64,000 bases of DNA from Octopus sinensis. Its lineage: Eukaryota. The stretch spans positions 96,844,001 through 96,908,000 of the forward strand of contig NC_042999.1 of assembly GCF_006345805.1 (NCBI RefSeq), written 5' to 3'. Below, one piece after another: positions 14,643 through 28,928 of this stretch (positions are counted from its first letter, which is position 1; each line of letters begins with the position of its first letter). The notes under the pieces were generated by a model, which was not told where the DNA came from, did not search any database, and saw only the letters and a program-made list of their open reading frames with translations. A program made the position numbers and the translations under genes.

Positions 14643-14659
14643 TAATAATAATAATAATA

Positions 14660-15707
14660 ATAAAGAAACAAGCGATAAAAGAGAAACGAGAGAAACAAGC
14701 GCAGAAAAAGCTAAGCGCATGAAAACTCGTGCTAAAACTGCTGCCTTCGATATTCTTACTGATAAATGGCACGAAAAACTTCTCAATGGAAAATACCCAA
14801 AGAGAACTAATAGTGCCGATGTTGACAAAGCCCTTACTCATCAATGGTTAGTGCCTCCTGGCTTAAAAATCAGAAATGGAAGGATTTATCATAGCAGCCC
14901 AAGATCAATGCCTACCTACAAGAAACTGCCAGGCAAACATATTAAAGAACTGCAGTAGCCCGACATGTCGCGTATGTCAACAACAAAATGAAACCATTGA
15001 TCATGTTCTCTCCATGTGCAGTCTTCTTGCGCCTAGAGTACCTCAACAGGCATGATAGAGCAGCACAATGTATTCACCGGGTAATTTGCAAAAACCTGGA
15101 GATGCCCCGTAAAAACTGGTGGGAACACAAACCAGTGCTTGAAAATGATCACGTCTCATTCCTCTGGAACTTCACCATTCAAACAGACAGAAAGATAGAT
15201 GCGAATATGCCAGACATTATATTGAAAGACTTCGGAAAAAAAACATGCCTTCTTATTGATGTGACTGTCCCAATCCACATAAATGTATCTATCAAGACCT
15301 ACCAAAAACTGAGTGAGTATAAAGATCTTGAAATAGAAATTGGCAAAATGTGGAACCTGAAAACTAAAACAATACCTGTTATCATAAGTGCCCTAGGAAT
15401 GATAGCAAAAGATGCTGATTGCTACCTAGCTCAGATACCAGGAAACCTCAAAATAAATGAAATTCAAGAGATAGTGCTCATGCAAACTGCCCATATCCTA
15501 CGTAAAATACTGTCTATGTGATCTCAAATTTTAAAATAGACTCATTATTTTTTTCTATTTTCTTAAACTTTCTCTAGGACAATATATGACAATATATGCA
15601 AAACCAAATATATCACACACTAGCCGTAGCACCAACATGCACTTCTAACTTGTCTCTTGAGGTCTCTGGGCGAGACTTGTACAAATACAAAGCAAAAGTC
15701 AAACATA
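14660..15707 (+). mobile_element. R4/Dong-clade non-LTR retrotransposon, 5'-truncated, between (TAA)n arrays
   Basis: WHEKLLNGKY, CRVCQQQNETIDHVLSMC zinc knuckle, YLNRHD, LWNFTIQTDRKIDANMPDII, CLLIDV, K..EYKDLEIEI, VIISALG (RLE PD-(D/E)xK endonuclease). TAA arrays at 14589-14661 and 15708-15773. Confidence 0.85.
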
Positions 15708-15721
15708 TAATAATAATAATA

Positions 15722-15775
<54 letters not shown>

Positions 15776-16033
15776 CACCTAACAAAGAAGAAGAAGAAGA
15801 AGAAGAAGAAGAAGGAGGAGGAGGAGGAGAAGAAGAAGAAGAAGAAGAAGAAGAAGAAGAAGGCGAAGAAGAAGAAGAAGAAGAAGAAGAAGAGAAGAAG
15901 AAGAAGACACGCTATAAAAATAAAACTACTGAATGATAATAATAATAATAATAATAATAATAGTAATCATAGTAATAATAATAATAGCAACAACAACAAC
16001 AACAACAACAATAATAATAATAATAACAATAAT

Positions 16034-16580
16034 AAATGCCCTGAGGCACTACCAGGCAGTGGCTCTCATGGCTTCTGATTGGAAGTGTTATCATGTATAT
16101 TGATTTGTCTTGATATAAAAGATGGGCTACAGCAAATATTATGCTCAATACCATAGATTTGCTTGTCAGTTGTTTGACCTTAACCAGTTGACCATGTCCC
16201 TTAGTGACTGACGATATGTACATTTTTGATCACGAGCAGAACTAGTGGGGAGCATCATAGCCGTGTGTTGAAAGGAATTCTCAGAGGTTTGGATATTTCA
16301 CCTTTGAAAACAGAGGTAGTTCGTCCAACATCCTTAAACAACCCTTATTCAGGGACCTTTTGAGCGTGATGGGCTACTCGACCAGAAGAAAGTTCTAACT
16401 GGGCCCCACCTGCAAGGTCATGCACTGATTATCTTGATATGTGATCACTATGTCGCGCACATATGGTTGTGATGCATGTACCTAGTGTATCCTTATCAGA
16501 TGAGTAGTCATGAAGGGTATACTGGGATTCGTATATTTTACCCCAGTGTCACTTTGATGGCATACACTGCTCCCTCACTC
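16034..16580. mobile_element. Unclassified non-coding ~550 bp element embedded in (TAA)n
   Basis: Both ends recur at 16749-16878 (aaatgccctga...cagtggctc.catggcttctgat and tttgatggc..cactgctc.ctcactc); TAA arrays on both sides. Confidence 0.6.
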
Positions 16581-16614
16581 AATGATAATGATAATAATAA
16601 TAATAATAATGATG

Positions 16615-16675
<61 letters not shown>

Positions 16676-16694
16676 TAATAATAATAATAATAAC

Positions 16695-16744
<50 letters not shown>

Positions 16745-16748
16745 TAAT

Positions 16749-16878
16749 AAATGCCCTGATACTGTAGCAGACAGTGGCTCCCATGGCTTCTGATCTTAAC
16801 CGATTTCGTTTGTTTTTTGGGGGTTTTTTCGTCTTTGTTATCATGTACATTTGATGGCGTGCACTGCTCTCTCACTCA
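16749..16878. mobile_element. Internally deleted copy of the 16034-16580 element
   Basis: Retains both termini and lacks about 400 bp of interior; TAA-flanked. Confidence 0.6.
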
Positions 16879-16970
16879 ATAATAATAATAATACAAAGCG
16901 AAAGTTAAGCAAAGAAGAAGAAGAAGAAGAGGGGAAGGAAGAGGAAGAGGGGGGAGGAGGGGGATGGTGG

Positions 16971-17016
<46 letters not shown>

Positions 17017-17209
17017 GAATAGTATAGTACTTAGATATTGAATGCCTCCACGATAATTGACATCCAAATATCAAAGGATATAATGTGCAGAAAGAAACCC
17101 TGTGAGACCTCTGACGGCGGGCTGCAGTCCGTTCTCATAGAATCTACCAGAACAAACAAGATCGAATGTTCTGAGAAGTAAAACAAAATAATAATAATAA
17201 TAATAACAA

Positions 17210-17500
17210 TTCCTTAAAATTTAAAAGAGGAAGAATTTGGACTATAAGAACTGTAAAGGTTGTGCCTACAATAATTGGTGCGTTGAGAACAGTAAACCAA
17301 GATATAGACAAATGGCTGAAGGAGATTGGAATAGAAAGCCCTCTTGAGCTCCTACAGAAAGTTGGACTCTTAGGGACAGCAAGGATTGTCACGCCTGTTC
17401 TAAACGCTTGAATGACTTGTGGCTACCTAAGTACACAGGTAGTAACCCTCTACCCACGTAAATCCTACCAGGAATAAGACCGAACCTGAGTCAAACCAAA
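17210..17500 (+). mobile_element. R4/Dong-like LINE extreme 3' remnant
   Basis: RIWTIRTVKVVPTIIGALRTV...LELLQKVGLLGTARIV; preceded by (TAA)n and ends in aaataatt. Confidence 0.6.
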
Positions 17501-19629
17501 TAATTATTGGTACGTATTTTTGGCACATAGTCAATTAAAGGTATTATATGATGCTGAGTGTGAGAGTTTGTAGTTATGTGTTAAAGCTCTCAAAAGAATT
17601 GTGTTCCATCTGCACTTGGAAGACTAGACGTCGAACTGTCTTTCAAAGACTAAATTTCAATATATAACAAATCATCATCCGAATGGCAAAACCTATATTT
17701 TGGTACAGGGATAAGTTTTAAACATCCGTAAAAAACGTAACTGCGGCCCACAATTGTGTGCTGATCATTTTATCTCAGCATTGCTGTTGTTCGATCTCCA
17801 GAGTTTTACACTGAACATCCACCACATCAATTTTACTAAATTTAAATACCACTTCCCCCCTTCTCTCGCTAATTAATGGAAAATATTGTTTACATGAGCT
17901 CGAGCAATATAAAAACATCAAATCCTTTACAAATATAATTTCCTATTTGTTTGTCCAACAAAGACAACCCTAAAGTTTCTATTACTATATTCATACGTTA
18001 TACCAGTCGCCCACCAGCTGGTAAATAGCGAGCGCTATATTTTATTATTGGATAATTGGAAATATTAGAGGTCTACTGTCTGTCCACTATTTATTGACGG
18101 GATATCCACTATACTTTTAACTTTAAGTAAGCAATCTTTCTTTCATCGCCCCCAACCCAAGAAATCTGTCCTGTTCGTTTATAAATGAAAGTAAAAAAAA
18201 ATAACGATCATGAACCAAATTGATATACGATCTGACAGAGGTTAATTTATTATTTCAAGAAGACTTATAACTGAATTCTCATTTCAGACGACTAAAAGAA
18301 AAACAAATTGTCTCCGAAGCCAATTCACATCTAAACGGTACTAGAGATTAAATATCGTAATTGTTTTATTCGTGTGACATTTAAAAATCTGAAGCCAGTG
18401 TCTTGATATTATGGCGGTGTTCCAGCATGGTCGCAGTCAAATGACTGAAACAAGTAAAAGAATAAAATATTAAAAGAATAGTTGATACAAATTATAGTTT
18501 CGTTCATTATATATTCTAGTGAGAGATATAAGATATCTTGTAACAATGGAATAAATAAGTTTAAATATGGAGCTAAGCCAAGTCACTTCTTTTATAGCAT
18601 TTGACGGATATCTATTGATGCGTATCTATTTGGCTGGTGCCGGGAGGTATGAAGTCAAGTAAGTGATGTCTACCGTAGAGGCTAAGCCGAGTCAAGTAAG
18701 TTACATTTATCAAAGCAGTTTAGATGTGAGGTTAAGACAAGTAAATTGGAACCATCATACTAACCAGTGGTCAATTGACAAAAGAAAATAAGAACTCGAC
18801 GGCATCGTTCTTTGTTGAGCAGTTTGCTTCGTAATCACGTAGCTTCTTGACTCGGTCTCAGTAGGCAGCAATAGGAGCTAGTAAGCAAACTTAACCAAAA
18901 TTATACAAAGGTATAAATTAATAATTCCTACGTACCTTTACCTATTACATTTATTTAGAACTCACCATTGGTTGTTCCAAGTGTATTTGGATGCCTAACT
19001 GCAATGGAACATCATGGAAACACTTTATTTTGCATTCTGTTGTAACAGATCTAAACAGAATCCAATAAAGTGATCCGTGATGACCCATTGCAGTCGGAAA
19101 ATCCAATTTCTGAGTTGAGTTCCAAATAACTATAGTGATGAAATGGACATAGAAACTAATAATTTATACCTTTGTTTATCTTAATTTTCTTCCACATATG
19201 CTCTGTATATCATAATTAATAACACTACTAAATGCTGGAAGCTGACTGGATAATTTTGTAATGCTAAAAAATTGGTCTGAGAAAATCTCTTGTACAAACG
19301 TTTAGTACATAGAAGCACAGAAAAATCTATAGTAGACGAGAACCGCATCGGTGGTGAAGTTCTGAAGTTCTTCTATTACATGGTTTCGGTAAATATATAC
19401 TCACACACGCGCGCACACAGAGGCTGCAATGGGTGGTTAATTGACGCCATTTTATATTTTTAATTTCGCGCATGAGCATTGTTTGCTCTTATTTTGTCTA
19501 CTACACAGCATAGTAGGATCAGTTGGGCACCGTCTGTGAGAAAAACAGCACCATGACGCAATTTACCCAGCCAGAAGTTTAGAAACTACATGCTGTACTG
19601 CTGGACATTCACACTGGAAGCTCCAATAC

Positions 19630-19890
19630 AAATTTAGGGTTAGAGTTAGGGTTAGTGGCAGGATGTTGTCTCAGTTTTAGACGCAGCAAATTATTTTAGC
19701 TCAATAGAGGCCATAGGATTGGTTAAAATTCGAAAATTAACCTACGTTAAACTTACAAATTACAATTTTCTCAAGAAAGCCAAGAGAAAAAAATGTTTTA
19801 TGTTGACACATTCTACCAGTATACGAAGTTTAAAAGTGTTTAGTTAACTAGAAATTGTGTTGAAAACTGCCGTTCAAAAGGAAAAGATCC
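19630..19890 (+). mobile_element. Partial copy of the TTAGGG-containing MITE (see 40266-40656)
   Basis: ttagggttagagttagggttag, then aattttctcaa.aaagccaagagaaaaa...ccagtatacgaagtttaaaagtgtttagtta and right TIR ctgccgttcaaaaggaaaagatcc. Confidence 0.7.
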
Positions 19891-21193
19891 TTAAACAGCT
19901 AAGTTTAACAGACTTTTGTGAGCAGATAAAAGTGACATTAGCTCGTTTAGTCTTGAATAATCTAGTGATGTAATGTATTGTAGAAATATAATGATTGCTA
20001 ATATAGATATAGTTTGTAGGGAGATTATAGTCGATTATATCGACGCCAGTAACAGTGATACCTACTTTATCGATTCAAGAAGTCTTGAAGGAAGATCCAA
20101 CACCGAGTGAAATTAATATAATCTGTAATCCGGTGAAGTGCAATTTATTTGAAGAAAATGTCTATTTATTTCTTCCTACCTTGGCTGAACATATACTTGT
20201 TGGTTGTTCAAGTGATGAGTCCTTATTTATGACACGAAATGGAGGAAGGAACACTGTTCCTGTTGTTGGTTTTGCTAAAGTTGTTCAATTGTTTTTTGTT
20301 TATTTTTGTTCTTGTTTTGTAGTTATTGTTGCTGGGAAATATTTAACATGAAATTATCATTTTCTCTAAACGTAGACACGAATTTAACCTGATTTCTAAA
20401 ATGTTAGATAGTTGTTCTTCAGAACAGGAACTAGAAAATCAGCAGTTGGAATTTTAATCACTGACAACCTCCATCCGGGACATTGAATGACATTTCGGGG
20501 CGATGAAGTTCGTCTGTCTCTCTAATGTCATGTAACCTTGAATTGTCTTAAGATTTTCTTCAATAGCAACGAATATACGTGTGGTCTTTGTCCATGTTTC
20601 TGAACGTGCACGTGTGCGAATGGGTTGACCGTTGTTGCTATTCAGTCCCTGCCACCATTAACTGAGCAAATATATGATCAACTACATTCCGACCTTCGGC
20701 GTGCTGTTTTTAGGGGCATCAGGAACCACATTATCTAATGCGTTTTCCTTTTCTCTAACACAGCATAATGTGACTTGAGGAATATTGGGCTACTTTATCA
20801 AGCAGAACGGGTAACTGCATGGAGGATCCTTCTCTGGTTCTAGTATAAGTTGAGTGTTATATGTAGGAATGCACATGTGATATAGTACGAATGAATATTT
20901 TCATGTATGTGTACGAATCTTCAGGTGTACACAATTTCATCAAATCAATCTGGCTTTTCTCTATGTTTCTCATTGATCATCTATATTTTACATCTTTTCT
21001 TCTTAACATTATATTGCTCCTTTATCCATATGCTAACTTCGGCAATGGGATGAAAGCTGCTTTCAAGGGTGTTGTCGATTACATCGACGCCAACCACTAC
21101 TTTATCGACCGCAGAATTCGAGGCATCATGGACCGCCATAGTAAATATATATAAATAAATAAATATATGAATATATATAAATAAATATATAGA

Positions 21194-21249
<56 letters not shown>

Positions 21250-21327
21250 CACATCGTCAATAAGATATGCAGATATGTGCTTATGTGTGTGTGTGTGTGT
21301 GTGTGTGTGTATTGAAATACATTGATT

Positions 21328-21501
21328 ACGATGGGATGGTGAAACGTTCCAGGCTTTACGGGTGTCACGAAAGGCTTGGTTGGAGGCTTAACCTTCCGAG
21401 TTCTTTCTTAGGGCTTAATATGTGTGTGAATCTGAGAAGGGAATGTTGAATAAAATTATAATTAACTGATCCTCCTATATTTTCTTTTACCCAAAGCCTC
21501 G
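21328..21501 (-). mobile_element. Mariner-type MITE, partial
   Basis: Reverse-complement homologue of 24908-25123; TA-flanked cga.gg / cctcg ends. Confidence 0.55.
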
Positions 21502-21565
21502 TATATACGCATTGATGTGTGTGTGTACGTGTTTGTCTGTTTGTGCGTGTGTGTGTGCGAGTGTT

Positions 21566-21667
<102 letters not shown>

Positions 21668-22114
21668 CGTGCGTGTACACATATAGACAACTGAATGTTT
21701 GTGTATAGGAAAGCAGAAAAAGTACTCAGTACCTGAAGTAAGGTTTGTTTGTCTACTGAAGCTTCTTGAGTCGTTATTCCGAGCTTCACATTGCCGATTA
21801 TACAAAACATTGGAAAAAGTAAGCAGCGTGATTATATACCAGCAAAAATTCATGAACTCAATGAAATATGACAAAGTTATGTATTCGATTAGTTGCCCAA
21901 AGAATTAGAAAATTTACTACACTTGCATCAAATTAATTGTAATACAAATAAACTATTAGGTATCTACTTGTTTGTCCCCTCTATGTTTAGCCCTTTGTGG
22001 GCAGTAAAGAAATATATATATTTATGTGTGTGTGCGTGTATGTATGTGTGGTGTGTGTGTGTGTGCATGTATGTATTTGTACACTGTGCGCGCGCGTATG
22101 TGCGTATTTGTAGC

Positions 22115-22207
<93 letters not shown>

Positions 22208-23380
22208 CAGACAGACATGTGTGGGGGGTCTGTGTGTGTGTCTCTGTGTTATTTCTGCGGGTATGATCCTCACTTTTAGTTGTTTTGTGAAGTATCTTCA
22301 AATTCCAGTCCCTATTACGCTTCTTGCTCTCCCCAGTGTTTCCCGTTGTGACCAGCCCTTCTTCAAACGTATCAAACAGTATTCACATTTAAATTATCGA
22401 AATTGTACTTTTCTTCGTTCCCTTTTTTTAAGACGCAGAACTGAGAGGCTTGGTTGCAAAATCGAGCGACCGAGCAGAAGTGCTCACAGCATTTGAAATT
22501 GACTTGAAGTGGTGGTGGTGATGGAGGTGTTGTTGGGAGGAGCGGTGGTAGCGATGGTGGCTTAGCGTTTTAGGTGGTAACTTTGGCGGTGGTGGTGTTG
22601 TATGTGGTGAATGTGATGACGATTCCAGTGATGGTGGCGGAGATGATTGTGGTACGATGGAAACAGTAAATGGTAACAGTTTCTGTGTTTGGATATTTTG
22701 CATGAAAATTCAGCCTTTCTGAACGGAGTATATGAGGATGAAAGTTGAGGTTAAGTTTCTTATCAAAGTGATTATATTTTTAAAATGTCAAAAGTTAAAG
22801 AAATTTAAAGATCAACCCGTCCACACCGACTACATTCACTACATCCACCCACCACGCCAATACCATTATTATTCAAACTAACATTACCATATTTCTCTCC
22901 CTCTCTCTCTCTCTCTCTCTCCCTCTCTTTCACACACACACACTATCATTGCCATTCACATTGTTCTTGTTTTCCCGCCATCATCTTTGTCACCGAACCC
23001 AACTCCGGCACCACCAATAGGGCCACCATATCTATGCTATTCCTTCTTCTGCTACCACCAACTACAAAATTATCAATCCATCAGATATTCTTCCATTTCA
23101 CCACTAACAACACCACAAACATCATCGCTTCCATTTACAAGTTCATTGACCTCTAATAAGCATACGTTCATCTATTAATGAGTGATAATCTTGTTGATTT
23201 ATTACAGGTAATTTTCCTGGTTCTTTCACTGTAGATAGGCGGAATTAACTACCCAGTCCAAAATATAGGCACTGGTTATAGTTAATTCGAGCTCATTGTA
23301 TTAGAGCAGATAATCCACTACTATCGGAACCAACATCAGTACTATTACTACAGTCACAAATAGTCAATGACACATTTGTA

Positions 23381-23635
23381 GAGGCGCGTAACTTAGTGGT
23401 TAGGGTGCTGGACACACATGATCGAAAGATAGTGGTTTCGATTCCTGAACCGCGCGACGCATTTTGTTCATGAGCACAAAACTTCATTCCACATTGCTCC
23501 AGTCTACTCAGCTGGTAAAAATGAGTAATCCTGCGATGGACAAGCGTCCCATCCAGGTGGGGAATTTATACGCCATGAAAACTGGGTAACCGAACCTTAT
23601 GTGTCGGCATATCTCGAGAAGGTAGCATTACGTTT
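23381..23635 (+). mobile_element. tRNA-derived CORE-like SINE (family D)
   Basis: A-box-like taacttagtgg and B-box-like gtttcgattcc; body and tail collinear with 57612-57848. Confidence 0.75.
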
Positions 23636-24907
23636 TTTGTTTATATTTACTAAAACATCTGCATAGAAACCCTCTATAGTGTCGTTCTAAAGACAGATAT
23701 ATTCTCTCATGAAAGTAGGAATGATGCTATAAAAAAACTTCATTTCACACATTTGCATATGAAGAATATGGGTTGAATATTTTCTGTAGGAAGTTTTTTA
23801 AATTGCTAGTGTCAGAAAAATATATCTTTTCTCAAGGAGAGAAAACAAATCAAAGAAAGATTGCATTGTGGTGGAAATATGTTGATGTAAGTATTTATGC
23901 CAAAGACTCAGATTTATGCTGTTAATCATCTGATAATTGTTTACGTAATCAAATACTTGCGTAGTAACCTTGAGAGGTTTAAAATTTGAAGAAAAAGCAC
24001 AATCATAAGTAGTTAGTCCAAATTCACGGAATTCACACCGTTCTCGGCTGTAGTATTCAAGTATAAAACACTTTCCTCAATGTTTAACATTTGAATTAGT
24101 ATATTGTTGCCAAAATACCATAAAAATAATCTTTTCTTGTTTATTAGAGACCCTGACACTCACACTGTTGAATTAACTTTAAAGACATATAACAAAAGAA
24201 AATAGCATGTGTGTGTGTGTGTGTGTGTGTGTGTATTACATATATACATATATATGTATGTGTGTATAGATATGAGCATTCTTACAAGCACGAATAAGTA
24301 CACATATGGGGAAAATATTTCAAAAGTTCAAGACTGTTTTGTTGTAATGCTGTGTGAATCGGAACAAAGGTTACAAACTGAAACCTTATGAATAAATAAT
24401 ATAAAGAATAGAATCTTATACACGTGCATAAAACAATATAAAAACATCTGTGTGTGGATGCCTGTATGTGCATACATATAAATATATCTATACATGTATG
24501 TATATATGTATGTATGTATCTATCTATCTATCTCTATATATTACTAATGATAGAAAAAGATAGTCAAAGTAATGGAATGTTTTTCTATGTTATAGATGTA
24601 AAAAGTCTGAACTTGCATAAGGAAATGATACACTACTGCATAAATCCTTTTAATTTTTTTCTTTTCTCTAGCACAATAGAGTCAGTTTTGTCTCTGCTTA
24701 ACAAGGGAGAGATCACATTCTTATATAGTTGTTGAAGTTTTGCGTGTCAACCAACAATAAAAGAACGTAACCCTTGCCTTCTTAAACCGAGGCAAAGGCT
24801 GACCCTCTTGCTCTATACACCAACGCAAGAAGTAGATAGAAGGACTTCATTATTAGCGATTCATTTCCTTAATAAAATCCAGACTTTTATACCTATATAT
24901 AAATATT

Positions 24908-25123
24908 CAAGGGGTGCTGGAAAGCTCCTGGCTTTGGGTAAAAGAGAATACAGAAGGATCAGTTAATTTTGATTTTATTCAACATATTTCCCTCTCAGAT
25001 TCATACACTTATTACAACAGTCCTTCAGTTTTTCTAAACCCTGCAAAAGAACTCGGAATGTTGGGCTTCCAACCAGGCCTTTCGCGACATCTTTAAAACC
25101 AAGAGCTTTTCAGCATCTCCTCG
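24908..25123 (+). mobile_element. Mariner-type MITE (~215 bp)
   Basis: Imperfect TIRs ggggtgctggaaagctcctggcttt / aaaaccaagagcttttcagcatctcctcg|ta; second copy at 21328. Confidence 0.6.
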
Positions 25124-26666
25124 TATAAAGAAAAGATACCCCTCCATTACTTCTTACAAACTTTTTTTCATCATTAATGCATTTCACTGTACACTACCAA
25201 GATGCTTTAAGAGATATTTGACCGCTGTCTTTAGCAAGTCGAGCCACCTCGCCTTCAAATATACATATGGATGAACTTTTTTTGTTTTGAAAGTACGTAA
25301 ACTGAGACGCTTTCGTTTTTACAGCTTAATCAAACGAGGAAGGACGTACCAAATACGTTTTTCAGCGCCTCCGGAACTGGTGGGAGATAATGATGTTAAA
25401 TCGGAAAACAGGAATCGTTCAATAGTTTCTGTTTACCAATTTCATTCAGTAGACTTTGGTCAAATCGAGCCTTGGAATAATCTTGCCCAAAGCAATCTGC
25501 GGACCAAGATTAAGTTGAAAATAATGCTTCGTTATGAAGCCCAATGAACGTGGGAAACACGAGATCATTTGAAGAAAAGGCGAAACTAAACACATTGTGG
25601 AAGCAGCACCAGATCTGAATTCAAATGCAGGGCGGATTTCGTCTCTAAACATACGCTTTATGCTACCGGTCGTTTTTGTTATTGTTGTGTAAGTCTCAGA
25701 TTAATTCTTGCAGACCACAACTATCTTCTCGAGTCACATTGTCGAAGTCAAATTTGCTGTCAGGAATGTACATCAAACCTTCTGGAAAATTTACTTCAGA
25801 TAGAACATTATACTGTCCTCTTAAAAGATAAAATCTTATCTAACTCACTTCGAAACTTACATATACAACATATAGGGATGCATATGGTTAATTGAACACA
25901 GCGTATTCGTGGTAAAACGTTCGAGAAATAAGGGGAATATATGTGTAAGAGAGTGCACGACAGAAAGTGTGTGTGACTGCGCGTATGAAGGTGAATGTAT
26001 ATGTACGTGTAAATGTCTGCGTGTTTATGAGTATATCAGTACACACAGACACACACACACGTGCATACGCACACACACACGCACACACATATACACACAT
26101 ATACACACACATATATGTATACATGTATGTATGTATGTATGGATGGATGGATGGATGGATGTACGCATGTATGAAGAGAAAGAGTGAGATGGAGTGAGGT
26201 AGAAAGGCATGCAGTCACACAATGAATTCTTTTACCAAATTTCCCTCGAATTTAGGGAAGAAAACTAAAACCTAGCGGCAATTTTCGATGACTCTGTAGA
26301 AGAAGGATCGATAATTTCAAGAAATCAAGAATAAATTTCTTAATAAAGACGCATATATAATGGTATCCGATAGGCAGTTGATGATAGAAATATATTTTCG
26401 TTAGACTTCTTGACTGTGAATCTCTTGTATCTTGCAATTTCGCTGTTCTAAGTTGGCCCTCATTCTCCTTCGTGGAGGCTAACACGACGATGGGAAGACG
26501 ACTTGGTCATGCAAATTAAGTCAAGATGTAAAAGACAAAATCGGAAGCGCATTGTAACCAGCGGTATATAACAGCATCTGATGGCTTGATGGATATTGTG
26601 ATACTGTGATATATATATGAGAGGGGAAGAGAGAGATAAATATATAGATAGATGTACGTATGAATG

Positions 26667-26708
<42 letters not shown>

Positions 26709-26709
<1 letters not shown>

Positions 26710-26862
26710 GACAGGCTTCTTTCAGTTTCCGTCTACCAAATCCACTCACAAGGTTTTGGTCGGTCCGAGACTAGAGTAGAAGACACTTGCCTAAGGTGCC
26801 ACGCAGTGGGACTGAACCTGGAACCATGTGGTTTGTAAGCAAGCTACCTACCACACAGCCAC
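26709..26862 (-). mobile_element. tRNA-derived CORE-like SINE (family A)
   Basis: Reverse strand gtggctgtgtggtaggtagcttgct...ggttcagtcccactgcgtggcaccttaggcaagtgtctt (A/B boxes plus a CORE-like ccttgggcaagt motif), followed by (TA)n. Confidence 0.75.
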
Positions 26863-27099
26863 TGGGATCTGTAGTCTTCGTATCAACTTTCACCTTTCTG
26901 GTTTTGAGAAGTCTAATTTCTCAAGATTAGGTAGTGTGTTACATTTCCCAGTACCCCAATAATTACAGGTATAAACCTGAACTTGTATTTGGATAAAGTA
27001 ACTGTATGTATACATGTATATCTCTTCTATTTCTTTAATTATTATAAATCCGGTTTCCAACAAAGATACAAGGCTCCATCTTTGGGATGTAGTTAACAT

Positions 27100-27930
27100 A
27101 GACAAATTCACATTTCGAACTTGGAAAGAGTCTTGCATATTTTTACTGTTCCACCCACAGACTGCAGTTGTAATTTAGATTTAGCCAGTCGATTTCTCTT
27201 CCTGAAAATCTCAGTTTGTCCATGTTCTTATTTAAGCATTTACTAACAAAACCTCGTGATCCAATTATTATTGGTATGAATATGAATTCATAGTCTGGAT
27301 ATAGAAGCTGGAGTTTCGAAGCATGACAATAGATATTCTCTTTTTCTTTGATTTTCAAAGAGATATTTATATCTGCAGGGCAACTGGCCTGTATGATGGT
27401 ACATACCTTTGCCTCTGTGTCCCAAACAACAATATCCGTCCGGCCTGTTATATTTACATTTGACAGAAGTTTTGACGGGAATATTCCACCAGCAGTCCTT
27501 GAGTTGGTGTATTCCATAACAGAGGGATTTTCTAAGTTTATTTGAGGACATTCTTTTTGGCAGATGGCATTGTAAATTGTTTTAGCAACAACATCGTTCT
27601 GCATAGAGAGGTAGTATCGTGACATTTTCGGACAGCTGTGAATCGCATGCGTGATATCTTCCACAGAAACATGACATAGCCTACACATGCGGTTGTACTT
27701 TGGGATTACAAGAGCGTCACTGTCTCTCTTGTTCACCAGGTAGTTTGTGGCAATCTCTTCTTCCTGGATTACAAACGCATAGCCCTCAAAGTGTTATGTG
27801 ATGCAGTGGTCTTCTGTCCAAGAGAGGCTGCGCTTCGAGCCAATTCTACTGTCTTCTTCAAGCTTCCGGGTAACATACCCATGCATAGCCTTTTTATTTT
27901 TCGTATGCTGAGTGCTTTCCATTCAGGTCT
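27100..27930 (-). pseudogene. RLE-type (R4/Dong-like) LINE 3' fragment
   Basis: MHGY, FEGYAFVIQEEEIATNY, CRLCHVSVEDITHAIHSCP (CCHC knuckle), WWNIPV, RPD, SCPADINISLKIKEKENIY, PIIIGSRG. Confidence 0.8.
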
Positions 27931-28885
27931 TCACTGAGGTATGTATGTATGTTATTATTCAGTTATATTTCACGATTTCTTGCCAATAGAGAAAGAACCA
28001 GTTTCTAACCTATATCCATGTATGTGTGTGTGTGTATGTATGAATGCATGTATATATGTATGAATGCATGTATGTATGTATGTATGTATGTATGTATGTA
28101 TGTATGTATGTATATATGTATGTATGTATGTATGTATATTTGGCGGTGTATATGTGTGCGTTTGTGTCTGGTTCTAAGCAATGCTATTAACTTAATTCTA
28201 TAAACCAAGAGCAAAACATATAAGAATCAACTACAGAATTTTAAACTTCAAGAATATTTACCATTCCACAATTATTTAGCATTTTAGTATAAAATGTCTC
28301 TAAAATCAATTATTGAACAAGAATTTTCTCCTAATTAAGACTCTGAAGGGAATGACTTCCTTTTAACCACAAATACCTGCTTATATATTTAAGATCATAT
28401 TTTTGTTATTAACTCTTTTTTTGTATATATTTTGCAAGTACGTTACTAATTAGAACAGGCATTGCTTCATACCATCACGGGGTCAATAATCTGAACGTTG
28501 AGCACCTGATAAATTAGATTTTAATCACTGCTTAATTAATTATTAGGGTAGAAAACTGAGTTGGGTAGTAATGAGATAGAATTATCCGCGCATGGTTAAA
28601 CTATATGTTGGTTGGAAGTTTGTAAATTTGATAGTATTGTAAAACGGATTCTGGATGTGTCTACCCACCATATGCCAAGTATTTTGGACGCCGCAAGGCT
28701 TTTTCGAAAAATAAAATTGAAGAAATAATTAGAGCAAAAACTGTTTTCTTAATGTGTCCGTGCGTGTGTGTGTGTGTGGTGTGTGTGTGTGCCTTTGTGT
28801 ATGTGTGTGTGTGTGCCTTTGTGTATGTGTGTGTGTGTGCCTTTGTGTATGTGGTGTGTGTGTGTGCGTGTACGCGCGCGCGTAC

Positions 28886-28920
<35 letters not shown>

Positions 28921-28928
<8 letters not shown>

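Noticed and set aside
19634-19656. TTAGGG runs as a telomere or chromosome-fusion relic
   Set aside because: Only 3-4 units, and located inside a MITE present twice in the window.
20885-20930. Minus-strand CTGAAGA...GAAA-TAT-TC hammerhead-like order
   Set aside because: Stem I does not pair adjacent to the core and stem II is weak; could be chance.
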